A stretch of DNA of 59,449 bases, the filler included, from Bipalium vagum (lineage: Eukaryota): the NCBI GenBank assembly GCA_037834085.1. It is 3 parts of 3 records of this genome, joined end to end, with 100 filler letters (N's around TTAATTAATTAA, not from the genome) between each part and the next. Parts side by side here need not be neighbours in the genome. Positions count along the whole stretch, not along the records: positions 18,506 to 40,538 come from JBBMKC010227983.1; 2 more parts are not named here. One strand, 5' to 3'. Position numbers and translations under genes: made by a program. Below are positions 25,701 to 36,796 of this stretch, in pieces. Within the stretch, counting starts at the first letter, position 1. Each line of letters begins with the position of its first letter. The notes below the pieces were generated by a model. The model did no database searches, was not told the origin of the DNA, and was given only the letters and a program-made list of their open reading frames with translations.

Positions 25701-28286
25701 ACTTATTGATTCGATTAATTCTTTGGCTGTTTTGGCCATTTCTTCCATCTCCATGTTAAACAGCTGCTTGCGCTGCTTTTCGGAAATAATAGATGCTTGC
25801 TTGGTTTCGATATAACTGTTGTGCTTTTTGTCCACAGTTGATTCTTTGATCTTGATCTCATTGCCAGCGATCTCGTCGTAAATGCTTCCCAAATATTCAA
25901 TGTCCAAATCGCCGCTCTCATTGATACCGCGATTCATCTTAATGTACTCTTCTTTGCGCATTCGATTGCGAGATTTGATTTGAGAACTATGCAGATCCGT
26001 TGTCAACATGATGATTGAATAGGCCAGCACGTAGGCTGTGTCGGCCGATTTGAACTGGGAATTTGTTGGATTACATTCACAATAACGAGACGCAAACTTT
26101 TCCATCAATCGATCAATTTTCTGAGCCTCTCCCGGTAATCGAAACCCGGACAGAAATTCCCTTAAGGACGAGACAAACTCACGTCCCGTGAACTCGAATT
26201 GATCCACGAAAGCATACATGACTTCGATGTTGTATTTCTCGTTTTCACCGAGGAAATCGCCGATCGCCGTTTTGTCCAATCTATCATCTTTGTGCAGGAA
26301 CTCCGCCACGTCCTCTACCGACGTTCCCAACAGACTTTGGCTTTGAAGATAGTTGAGTCCTCTTAATGGTTTCTTGTTGAACAAGTTGATTCCGTTTTCG
26401 TACATTTCCTTTTGCTGCTTTCGCGAAGCGAAATGTTCAGGATTATCTATCGAGTTCTGCTGATTTATATATCCCGCAGATGAAGAAGTGCTGCCCACCA
26501 TCACGTTTGTTGACGTCGTATTTGTCATGGAATTGGCCAACGACGATTGAGAGGAACTGTGTGAGTTGACACTGCTCGTACTGCCACCCACCTTTGACAA
26601 ATGATTGGACAATGACGAAGACTTCCCAACACCACCGGATTTTGGAGCAACTCCGCTACCAGTCACACCCTCGTGTCGCTCTTGCTCAACTCCGAAAAAT
26701 GAATGAAGCTCCGGCGGAATGTAAAGCTCACGTGACCATTCCACCATACACTGGAGAATGTGGAACAGGCAATCCAATGCTTTGACGCGAGCCGTTTTGT
26801 TCTGGATTTGATTGGGCGACTCATTCATCTGCCTACCCTGAGCGATTTTTGTCAAATCGTTGACGAGTCGCTCAAAAATATTGGCCGATGACAAATCGCA
26901 ATCGTAATTGACGTAAATATCCACGACGCATTGAGCATTCATACAAATCCGTTTCAAGGCTTCCAACACGAGGTCTTTGTGCACAAACGAGCTTCTCGGT
27001 GATTCAAGAATGTAGAGAAAGATCTCTTTGAAAAACACTTCAGTCTGGCGTTTCAAGTGCTGCTTGAAATTGGAAAGTAACGACAGGAAAATCGATAACG
27101 ATAACTCAAATACTTCCGGGATCGGAGAGACACCGTTTTTTGATAACGAGACGCACAGATACTGCTTAATGGCATTGATAAAAACCTCATTCTGTTTGAA
27201 GACCGGTCCGGAATTCTGCAGAATGTTCAACAGCAATTCCAGAGATAAGATCTTTGATCGTAAATCGTGGGACTTTGGATCAATTGTGCCCTCCGGTAAC
27301 GCTTTCATGGACAGTCGGCACAAACTTCGGAAAACGAGGAAAGCGTCCTTTTGCGTGACGTCGGCGAAACTTTTATTGGATGGCATTAATTGGCTTTCAA
27401 TCATGCTCGGATCCATGGAATATGTCTCCTCGTCAAGAACAGCTTCTCGATCGTCCAATTTACCATTAGTTCTGTCTTCGTTACTGTCCTCATTCAGCTT
27501 GGGTTCCTGATCGCCTCGATTTTGAATCACCTCATCAACCATGCACTGGATAATTGATTTGACCACTTCAATTGATGTTTCCTTGTCCACTTCATCCACA
27601 GCATCTTTAAACTTCTCTTGTTCCGATTCTTCGTCAATTGTCTCACAAACTGGCACTTCGTATTGCTCGATAGTCTTTATCGTTTCCATCTCCATTTTGT
27701 TGAAAATCGAATTGAGCATTTGGGTTAACGTGGCTTTGGCGGTCGTTTGATTGACAGTGTCTTTGCTTGCGAGAAATATGCTGTAGCATGTTCTGACCAT
27801 TGAAATCAATATATTGGAATGGACCTCAAGCTGAGGACTGATTACTATTGTCAAAATCGCTTTGATTATTTGCAATTGTACTGCATCTACTGAATGACCG
27901 TCCTGAAACGCTTCACATATAAAACTAATGATTTTGTCAATTAGCCTTTCATTGGAATCTTTATATAGAGCTGTATTGGAGATATGTCCATATGCAATTA
28001 GTTTTTGCAAACAATCCAATGCAATTACAATTATCGTTTGAGATTTCGATGAAAATGCAATTTCAAATGGCTTAAAATATCTGGGATTACTCATAAATTT
28101 ATCAATGTCAGATTTAACAGGTGGTAACACAGAACTGACACCATTTTCAACAATTTTCTCTTTCAATTCTGATAATACACTGTCACAACATTTTTTCAAT
28201 TCCTGATTATAAGCTTTCTTGATATCTTTATCTTGAAGTATCCTTTCAATTCCCCAAATTAAAAAATTATCTGTATTTGATTGCAT
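19782..28286 (-). CDS. ARFGEF1: Brefeldin A-inhibited ARF guanine-nucleotide exchange factor (BIG1/BIG2, Sec71-like), 3'-incomplete. Exons 28286-25596, 23548-23227, 21991-21744, 20375-20113, 20046-19782 (1263 codons)
   Basis: DCB region ([12 protein letters not shown]), HUS box (YVNYDCD), Sec7 motifs ([14 protein letters not shown]; [15 protein letters not shown]) and HDS motifs ([22 protein letters not shown]; [23 protein letters not shown]; NIRSGW). All splice phases are consistent. The symbol denotes the BIG1/2 co-ortholog. Confidence 0.95.
20870..21030 (-). mobile_element. Mariner 3' end remnant in a BIG intron
   Basis: TIR TTAGGTTGTCCAGTATGAAATGTCG and minus-strand [24 protein letters not shown]. 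Confidence 0.7.
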
Positions 28287-28589
28287 TATTATTAACTTGA
28301 TACTTGTATAAAATTAAGTTAATTTATTAATAAATAATAATTCTAATAGTTTGTTAACTTAATTATGAAAAAGCACAGGTATTAATAATTTGAATTATCT
28401 GCTAAAATTAAATTATCACATAACAAATTTATTTATTCTAAACAAAACTCATTAATCTACAAAATCTGTAAATTAATTTGATATTTAATTTTTGTATGAA
28501 AATTTAAAAATTTCTTTCATTATTTAATATTTATGTTAAAATTTTAATACATAATAATATTTTGCTTTTATTTTTTGTAAAAAATTATT

Positions 28590-28660
28590 AAGTACATAGT
28601 AGGTCTATTAAGTACAAAGTCGCTGGCAAAAAGGGTGTACTTAATACGGAGGTTTGACTG
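28590..28660. mobile_element. pogo/Tigger-type terminal remnant
   Basis: Ends GAGGTTTGACTG+TA (reverse complement CAGTCAAACCTC). No clear partner TIR. Confidence 0.45.
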
Positions 28661-28819
28661 TAATTTGAAATCAATTTAATGTTTAATAACAAATTTGAAT
28701 AGTTTTCCAAATATTAATCTACTTTATTCTGCTAGTAGTTAAATACGTGAATTATTTATAATAAATAAAAACGTTGATATTTTATTTTATATCTAAATAA
28801 TTAATAAAGTATTAATATC

Positions 28820-29705
28820 ACTTGTAGAAAACTGAAAATTTGAAAAATAATTTGGCTTTCACACAGTCTAAATAATAAAAAGTTATCCTTAACCTGAAAT
28901 AAGTAACTTTCGCTCGAAATCAATAGCTCCTCACTAATCGATATTGTGTTTGTTTTACTATTGTAGCTACACAAATTTAAACTCAAATTGAGGCAAAACT
29001 CCCACAATAAAAGCTTATTCGCACTCCAATTGAATCAAAATGGTCACAGCATAACTTATTAAAACCCAAAAATTAAACAAAAATCTCAATCAGTCAAAAA
29101 GTCAATATAGTCTAGAAATCACGAGATCAACTTCCCATATAACCATAATAAATAACAAGTCAAACCTTAATCGCAAATGATCACAATTGAATAAAACAAA
29201 ATATAATATACGCTAAAACAAATTATGATTATGAATTTCAGAAGAATGTAAATCAAATAATAATTAAAAATCACTAAAAATTAGATTAAATTTATAATAA
29301 CCTCATCAGGAGCGACAAGGGCTTCTCAGGTCCTTTTCAGGTCACCTAGGGATTCCTAAACTCTCAAGGTCTCCTTGTTAAATCCTTGCATCGTCATTTT
29401 TACTGGAAAAATTGAGATTGCTGGAGTAAATAACCTTCTCAAATATTTTTACCTTAGTCCTTACAGATAACCTTGATGAAATGTCTGGAGCCTTTGTAGT
29501 TGCAAATAAAATAAAAAAAATTTTCTCCTAAAGTTTTATTATGGGCTGCTTTCTGGGAATAGCCGTCTCTGTATATGGTTATAGAGATTGGTCTACGATC
29601 ACCAACCACTAAGATTTGAGATGGGTATTCATTCAATAGCCCATTACTCTAACTTTATCTCCACACCGAGATAAAGTTAGTGAAAACAAAATAATTTATT
29701 GCCAC
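28820..29705. mobile_element. Hairpin-rich non-coding repeat element (LTR-like or Helentron-like, unclassified)
   Basis: Perfect 13-bp stem at 29649-29680. Short motifs shared with 37094-37820 and 46185-46490. Boundaries uncertain. Confidence 0.5.
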
Positions 29706-30004
29706 TGCGACGGAACCTATTCCTTTGTAAATAATAATGAAGTAAGCAATATGTTGAGGTTCAACTGCTATCTAATAATCTCTGTAAATAAAATTTTGGC
29801 GAAAAAAACTTAATTAATACGATGGCTAATTTAAAATTATGTATTTTAATTATTAATTTAAAATTGATTAAATAAATTTTAAAAAATAAATGTTAAATAT
29901 TATTTTAGGAGCAACTAATGATTTTTAAGCAGTAGCATGTATTTATAATATATTATAATTTTCAATTTTTAGAAATTTATTTTATTTTTAGTAATAATTA
30001 AATA

Positions 30005-30305
30005 TACGAAAAATTAAAGATAATCGTTGAGTCTAACCCATGTCAGAGTGCACAGGAATTGTCTGTAAAGTTTGGTGTCACCAAAAAAACTATTTTAGAT
30101 CATATAAATCAAATGGGAAAGGTGAAAAAAATAGATAAATTGGTTCCTTATGAACTGAATGCAAAACAAAATGAAAATCGTTTGCAAGCCTGTTTGATGT
30201 TCCTTTCTCGTCAAAAACCTGATCAATTTCTAAATCGTATTGTCACTTGTGACGAAAAATGGATAAATATGACAACCGCAAACGTTCTTCACAGTGGTTG
30301 GAGTA
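30005..30305 (+). mobile_element. Mariner internal fragment
   Basis: GKVKKIDKLVPYEL (WVPHEL motif) and FLNRIVTCDEKWI (first catalytic D). Confidence 0.9.
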
Positions 30306-31110
30306 GTCTTTTCATTACCAATCCATCTCAAATTTTCACATTAGCATGTGTTTTGTTCTTAATTTGATTATTTTTGAAGTATCCTACATTTTTAATATCA
30401 AATTTGCAATCAATAGAATTTCTTTTCAATAATAATAACAAAAAGAAAAATGTCCCACCGGTCAATAAAAAACTAAATAAAATCTATGTATATAAATTGT
30501 GTATAAGTCTGCCTTTAAAATTTATTTATATTATATTATATATAATCATAGGGAAATGCAACCTTCAATGAGATATCTTTATGGCAGTCCCTTAAATAAA
30601 ATACAAAAACCATCACTGTAATTTTTATATGTACTTTATGAAATTTTTTCTCTATATATAATTATTATTATCTTCGTCCATTTTCATAGAAAAAATATAA
30701 TAAGTTATTAAATTAATATTTTAATTATTAAATTATTAAATACTTGTACTGATTCATAAGTACAAAGTTGTTGATGAAAATCGAATGAAATTTATCATCA
30801 ATATTTTAAAACATTACTGGTGCACTTTTATCAGAATGAAGTATAATTTGGCACAAAAACATTGCTACCGATATAGATGCAAGTTCGTTTCGGAAGAAGA
30901 TAAATAAACTGCTAACTTCGACCCACCTGATTTGTCCCCAAATTACACTATCCATGTGGTAGGAGGTTAAAGTTGAATCACTGTTTACTCTGATCGTAAT
31001 AATAATAAATAAGAACCGAAGCCCATTCACAGTGTCTGTCAGCAGATTATCAAAAATATTTATATTAGTCACTGACTTTTATTTTTGACACTTTCTGAAA
31101 AATCACAAAA

Positions 31111-34100
31111 ATGATCCGAATTCAACTATCCATTTATGTTAGTTTGATTTTTGCTATTTTATATCCCCTGGCTTGTTCTGTAGAATATTTTATTTACATG
31201 CCAAATACTATTGTTTCTCAAACAACATTTAACGTACCCATTTATTTTTCTCATCCTCCTGCCATTGTTCGGTTTTCCGTTCTGGGTCAAATCGATGCAG
31301 ACGTTCAAATGTTTCTCTTAAAGAACAGATTCAACGAAATTCCACTCCAAATAAACAATATGAACGAAACTTCACCGAAAAACCTGGTTGATATCGAAAT
31401 CAAATTATATTCTTGTAATGATATCGGTAATTGTTATCAAAATCAAAAGACAAAACTGCTTCTTGCAAAAACATATCAAATTCCCGTTTCAACGAAAAAC
31501 CATTTGGTTGTGTTATCTACGTCTCGAGGTTGTTATCAACCTAAGGATATCGTGGGTATTTCGGTTTTTATCAATGATATCTATGAAATTCTAAAAATTG
31601 ATCTGTCTAACAATTCCAGCTTCCAATGGAGAAAAGGCAGATTTCATCAAGGAATTACCAATTATGAAAAATATATTACAAATAATTATTTTTTGATAAT
31701 TGATTTATTTGATAGTAAATATAATCTGATAGCAAACTGGACTTTAAATACAAAGAAAAAATGGTCTTCAATTGAATACAAAATACCAAGTTATCCCAAT
31801 TTTGGAGTATGGAGAGTGGTTTATAGAATTCCAAACAGAAAGGAGAGGGATTATAAGGAATTTAAGGTTCTTTCCAATGAAAACAATCTAATTCATAGTG
31901 ATTCGAAAATCGAAATTAATATTAAATTCGATGATGATATAACAATAGATTCCACATTTGTTAAATTTTTAGTCTGTGCAGAATATTCTCGAACTCGTTC
32001 AATAAAGGGTCAATTTTCTGGCACTGTTTGTTTGAAGAATAATGAAGACGAGCTAAATACTTTAAGACCTTGTTTGAAGTTTGAAGGCTTTTTCAATGGT
32101 CATCATAAGTGTGTTTCAATGAATTTAAAAACGAATGATTTGGATTTAAAAAATGTCACGTATGTCCAAGAGACTAATCGACTAATTATAGAAGTCGAGG
32201 TTATTGATGAATTTTCAAAACAGAGACAAAACTTCCGTTATGTAGGTCCTGCATTGGAAAATAGTAAATATAAAATAGTTTTTTTATCACCTCTTTATTT
32301 TAAATCTATGTTACCTTATTATGGGAAAGTAAAAACTGTGATGCATAATGGAAGACCATTCAAAAATGCTTCCGTTATGATTCAGTGTAACACTGTCAAT
32401 TTTCGATTTAACTGGGGCCACAGTAGTAAGCATATTTCCGATCAAAATGGATTGGTTGAATTTGTTTTATCTTCGCCTCCAAAGGATTTGAGGGTAATAA
32501 CTTGTGATATTGAAGATCAATCGCATATTGAAGAAACATACGGAACACTGAGATCATACCGTCCATCAATAACTCAAACATTGGAGAAATGGAAGTCACA
32601 ATTTCCTCTTTACATTCAGTTAAAAGTTTTAAATCGCACTTTATTAAAAGACAATACCGAAGAGCTTGAACTGGAGTTGCACTCCAATAGGATATTGAAT
32701 GATGATTTAGTGATACTATTAGTTGGAAATGGTCAAATTATAAAATCAAAATACCTTGAGAATAATGAATTACAAAAGATCTCTTGTCAAAATAGAAATG
32801 ACGAATTGGGTCATTATACGTGCGACCCAAATACTGGAAAAATTCAGTGCATGAAAGGTTGGCAAGGTAGTAACTGTCTAATACCAAAATGCCAGGAAAA
32901 TTGTAATTCTGGAATTTGTGTAAATGTCAATTATTGTTTTTGCAAATATGGATGGACTGGAACGTTTTGTGATAAGTGTATTTCTTCAAAGACCTGTGTT
33001 AATGGTTATTGTGTGGAAGGACATGATTGTGTCTGTAAAGCTGGTTGGATTGGATCTAATTGTGACATTGAAGGAACTGAGAGTCATCATGGTAAAAAAG
33101 CAAAATTAAAGGTAAAAAAGTCGATCAAACTTGAAAAACCAAGAACAAAAGTTGTTCCAATTTTTATATCGAATTTTAAATTTAAAATTCCTTTGATGAT
33201 TATACAATCATCAATAATAATACACACAGTTTCTAAGTATCCATCTTCTCTGAAGTTTGATCTGACCCCTGTTCCAATGCACAAAAGATCCTCATTTGAA
33301 ACTAGTGACATCATGTTATCTTCCGCAGATTATATGAAATGTGTTCATATTTATTCTAAAAAATCTCTGGACGATTTAATCAATAATTTAATTACCATTG
33401 ATCCATTATATCTTTTCAATCAAACTAATTTATATAACAAAATAGTTTCAAATCAGTGCATCATGCCATTTCAAAATATAGATAAATTTCTACCCAGCCA
33501 TATAGGTCCAACCAACCTTTTAAATGACAACCAAATTGAAACCTATGACTTTTTGAATGTAATTAAGTCAGTCAATTTATTACCGATTTCAACAATGAAA
33601 ATTGTAAACAGAACGTGTTCCGTTTGGAAATTCCTTACCCAGTATAACAAAACGAACAATTTTCACAGAAACATATTAAAGAAAAAACTCAAAATCCTTG
33701 ATATTACTAATACTATCTCTCCTTTAAATATTTGTGGATGTAATGGAGAATGTGGATTGCAAATGATTAATAATATGAAAGAATTGCGTCCTTTAAATAA
33801 ACCTTATTTACTCTCATCTTTTTGTACCAAACTTTCATTCGTGAAAAATAATTCAATGTTTCTCAACACTCAAAAAGTCAAAGTTAATCCTTCATTTTTG
33901 GTAACAATAACAACAATAGATGAACTAAAGGTACACGAAATTCATCATCAGAAAATTACAATTTTCAATTTGTTAAAGTCAGATTTGGATATACAACTTA
34001 TAACGAAAGTAGAAGACTGTTGTTTGACCAAACCATTGCCGGAAAAAAATCTCATTTTGGTCAAGTCAAATCAGTCTACAGTATTCACTCAAAACATTCA

Positions 34101-36345
34101 ATTTAAGTACTCTGGGTTTTACAGATTATTTCTAATATTTAAAGCTAAACTCTCAAGTGATATCTACCCGGGTTTTGACAATAACAGTACGAATGAAATT
34201 ACACAAACTGAGTCCATCATTTACAATGTGGTGGAAGGAGTTTATCACGAAAAAGCTTTGACTTATCAATTTTGTCAAAACGAAGTCAATGATTCTTTGG
34301 TTAGATTAGATTTCAAAGAAACTGTTCAATCAAACAATTATATTAAGTTGAAGATTTATATTCAAAACAGTTTGGAAACTTTTATAAATTACTTAAAATA
34401 TATATACACAAATGAAAATATCGAAAAAATTGTGGCCTTGACAATTAAGATTTATGAAGTTAATTTAAACAAGTTAATAAAAAATAAAATATACCTTAAT
34501 CAGTCATTAATCAATATTAAAAAGTTCATCCAAACTGAATCCAAAATTCTCAAAAATATAACCAGATTTTTGACTTTGGAAGATGAAATTTCATTGATAA
34601 ATCTCTACTTAGACATTCCTCAATATTTATACAATTTTAAAAGAAAATTGTTCAATTTAATTCGACGAAAATTAACTCTTTCCAAATATAATGCCAGCAA
34701 TTGTTCGATGTATAAATTTAAGATGAACGAAGCAATATTGATAATGTCAATAACATTATCTGAAGAAACTGAACATCTTTATCAAATCAATAGGAAAAAG
34801 ATAGAGCAATTGAAATCATGTCTGTTGAATTTGAATGTTTTATCCAAAGATTATTTTTTTGAAAATATTAATAAAAGGTCTGAAAATATTGATTTACTTG
34901 AAAATTTGATTAAGGAAAAAAGACGCTCGTTGAATATCGATCAGTTGATCTTCTCTTATTTTATCCTTAAAACAAAACCTAATTCAACTTCGATTATTAG
35001 CACCATTTCTAAAATTCTTCTCGACAAATTGAGCAAAAGTCCACAAAACTTATCAAAAAGAAATGTTTTACTACTTTTAAAATTATTCAACGATTATGAA
35101 GAAAAATTTCAATCGAATAATATTCCGGAAAACAGTCAAGTAAAGACAAAGTTTTCAAAAATAATTTCATTACTGTCTCAATCAAAAAAAGTGGACATTG
35201 AATTACCAAAATTTTACGGATGCTCAAACGTTGATGTCAAGGCATGGTTTTATAGCAATAATGCTGGATCAGAAAGTAATGAATTCGATATCGTAGTAAA
35301 ACAAACCAAAACTTCTTGTAATTCAACGTCTTTAACATTGGTCTTTAAGCAAAGTCTAATCAACTACAAATCCTTGACAGTATCATTTCCAACCGGCTGG
35401 ATTTTTGATGAAACTTATAAAGATTCGTTTTCTGGAGAACTTTTAAAATGTAATATTCTCACAAACTTTAACGACAGATTTTTAAGCGTAAAATTAGATT
35501 TGTACCTTTTTACAGAAAAATGTAAATTGAACAAAATCAGTTTGACCATTAAACAATACCAACGAATATCGAATCTGCAACAAAGTTCCTTCATACTGCA
35601 AACAAGAAATAATTTATTTCTTTATAAAAAATTTCAAGTTGAAAGTTGTCCATTTAAGTCGCCATTAAAACAAATAAATAAATTAATTAATTCTCCGAAA
35701 ATCAATAATTTTTTTTGGCTAACAAAAAAATGTGACAATTTCAAATTGATAACAATTAAAATAAACCACACGAGGTTTGTAATCCATCCGAGTTTGGCCG
35801 TCTCTGTTGAAAAGGATGAAACAGGAGTCGAGAGTACAATTTCCGTGTTAAATTTGAGAAATGAAATGGTGGAACTTGATCTTAACAGATCTGTTTTGTG
35901 GTTTTTGAAAAACTTTTACCAACATTTATGTGTCAATGGAAGAATTATTTCCAATTTGTTATTTAAATACCACACTGAACATTCCAAACCGATATCATTT
36001 TGCCAATCTTCTACAACAAGAAAATCCTTAGGTTTCCAGGAATTAATTTGTCAAGGATTTGTTCAAGCTTATTTCATAAAATCAATTGACTTTTCTAAAA
36101 AGACAATAGTATTGAAAACTTTTTCAAACATTTGCTTATTAAATTCAGGATTTAAAGACGAATTTACAATGGATTTATTAGTGGAAAAGTCTTTTCTAAG
36201 CGATTGTCCATTTTTTACCACGATCTTGACAAAAAGGGAAAGTTTGATCTTATTTAGCCCTAGAATTATAAACAGTGAAAGTCTTTTAACCTTGAACGTG
36301 AATGGAGAATTTTTCATAACTAAAATTGGTAACTGGGATTATTAA
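31111..36345 (+). CDS. Secreted alpha-2-macroglobulin/TEP-like protein without thioester, with inserted DSL-EGF-EGF module; single exon, 1744 aa
   Basis: N-terminal hydrophobic signal. MG-domain-like motifs: YFIYMP; STSRGCYQPKDIV (cf. TDKPIYKPGQTV); PNFGVWRV; VCAEYS; YFKSMLPYYGKV..NGRP..SDQNGLVEF; ILLVGNGQII. RBD-like VSFPTGW near the C-terminus. Cys module at aa 559-652. No GCGEQ and no evident TM helix. Confidence 0.85.
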   Translation: MIRIQLSIYVSLIFAILYPLACSVEYFIYMPNTIVSQTTFNVPIYFSHPPAIVRFSVLGQIDADVQMFLLKNRFNEIPLQINNMNETSPKNLVDIEIKLYSCNDIGNCYQNQKTKLLLAKTYQIPVSTKNHLVVLSTSRGCYQPKDIVGISVFINDIYEILKIDLSNNSSFQWRKGRFHQGITNYEKYITNNYFLIIDLFDSKYNLIANWTLNTKKKWSSIEYKIPSYPNFGVWRVVYRIPNRKERDYKEFKVLSNENNLIHSDSKIEINIKFDDDITIDSTFVKFLVCAEYSRTRSIKGQFSGTVCLKNNEDELNTLRPCLKFEGFFNGHHKCVSMNLKTNDLDLKNVTYVQETNRLIIEVEVIDEFSKQRQNFRYVGPALENSKYKIVFLSPLYFKSMLPYYGKVKTVMHNGRPFKNASVMIQCNTVNFRFNWGHSSKHISDQNGLVEFVLSSPPKDLRVITCDIEDQSHIEETYGTLRSYRPSITQTLEKWKSQFPLYIQLKVLNRTLLKDNTEELELELHSNRILNDDLVILLVGNGQIIKSKYLENNELQKISCQNRNDELGHYTCDPNTGKIQCMKGWQGSNCLIPKCQENCNSGICVNVNYCFCKYGWTGTFCDKCISSKTCVNGYCVEGHDCVCKAGWIGSNCDIEGTESHHGKKAKLKVKKSIKLEKPRTKVVPIFISNFKFKIPLMIIQSSIIIHTVSKYPSSLKFDLTPVPMHKRSSFETSDIMLSSADYMKCVHIYSKKSLDDLINNLITIDPLYLFNQTNLYNKIVSNQCIMPFQNIDKFLPSHIGPTNLLNDNQIETYDFLNVIKSVNLLPISTMKIVNRTCSVWKFLTQYNKTNNFHRNILKKKLKILDITNTISPLNICGCNGECGLQMINNMKELRPLNKPYLLSSFCTKLSFVKNNSMFLNTQKVKVNPSFLVTITTIDELKVHEIHHQKITIFNLLKSDLDIQLITKVEDCCLTKPLPEKNLILVKSNQSTVFTQNIQFKYSGFYRLFLIFKAKLSSDIYPGFDNNSTNEITQTESIIYNVVEGVYHEKALTYQFCQNEVNDSLVRLDFKETVQSNNYIKLKIYIQNSLETFINYLKYIYTNENIEKIVALTIKIYEVNLNKLIKNKIYLNQSLINIKKFIQTESKILKNITRFLTLEDEISLINLYLDIPQYLYNFKRKLFNLIRRKLTLSKYNASNCSMYKFKMNEAILIMSITLSEETEHLYQINRKKIEQLKSCLLNLNVLSKDYFFENINKRSENIDLLENLIKEKRRSLNIDQLIFSYFILKTKPNSTSIISTISKILLDKLSKSPQNLSKRNVLLLLKLFNDYEEKFQSNNIPENSQVKTKFSKIISLLSQSKKVDIELPKFYGCSNVDVKAWFYSNNAGSESNEFDIVVKQTKTSCNSTSLTLVFKQSLINYKSLTVSFPTGWIFDETYKDSFSGELLKCNILTNFNDRFLSVKLDLYLFTEKCKLNKISLTIKQYQRISNLQQSSFILQTRNNLFLYKKFQVESCPFKSPLKQINKLINSPKINNFFWLTKKCDNFKLITIKINHTRFVIHPSLAVSVEKDETGVESTISVLNLRNEMVELDLNRSVLWFLKNFYQHLCVNGRIISNLLFKYHTEHSKPISFCQSSTTRKSLGFQELICQGFVQAYFIKSIDFSKKTIVLKTFSNICLLNSGFKDEFTMDLLVEKSFLSDCPFFTTILTKRESLILFSPRIINSESLLTLNVNGEFFITKIGNWDY

Positions 36346-36796
36346 TATTATTTAATTAATTTTTATTATTATTAATCTCATTATTTTTTCATTAATGTAC
36401 TTAATTGTTGAAGTTATCTGTAAATTTGTATGAAACCCATATTTTAATATTACATTTTTATTGTTACGATTTAATTTGTGTACATTGTATAAATTTTTGT
36501 GATTAGAATTTGTTTATCATTTTAATCTCGGTTTTCAGTACTTTATTTTCATTATTATTATTATAAATTTTGTTTCGGATCAGGATGTGTATTACACTTT
36601 AATCAACCATCGGCAATAGTTCATTGAATTTGAATTTGCATTGATTGAAGAAAGATAAATAAATATATTTCAAAAATTTAATAATTTGAGTAAATTTTTT
36701 CAGAAAATAATTGGTACTTGTACATAAGCTACCCCGATTTTATTTATTTAATATTTTATGTTTCAATAAATTTAATTATTGTGCTGCTAACATATA

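Noticed and set aside
26594-27750. Plus-strand ORFs antisense to BIG exon 1 (and similar ones within the A2M-like and 453-aa ORFs)
   Set aside because: Shadow ORFs with no motifs, expected opposite long coding exons.
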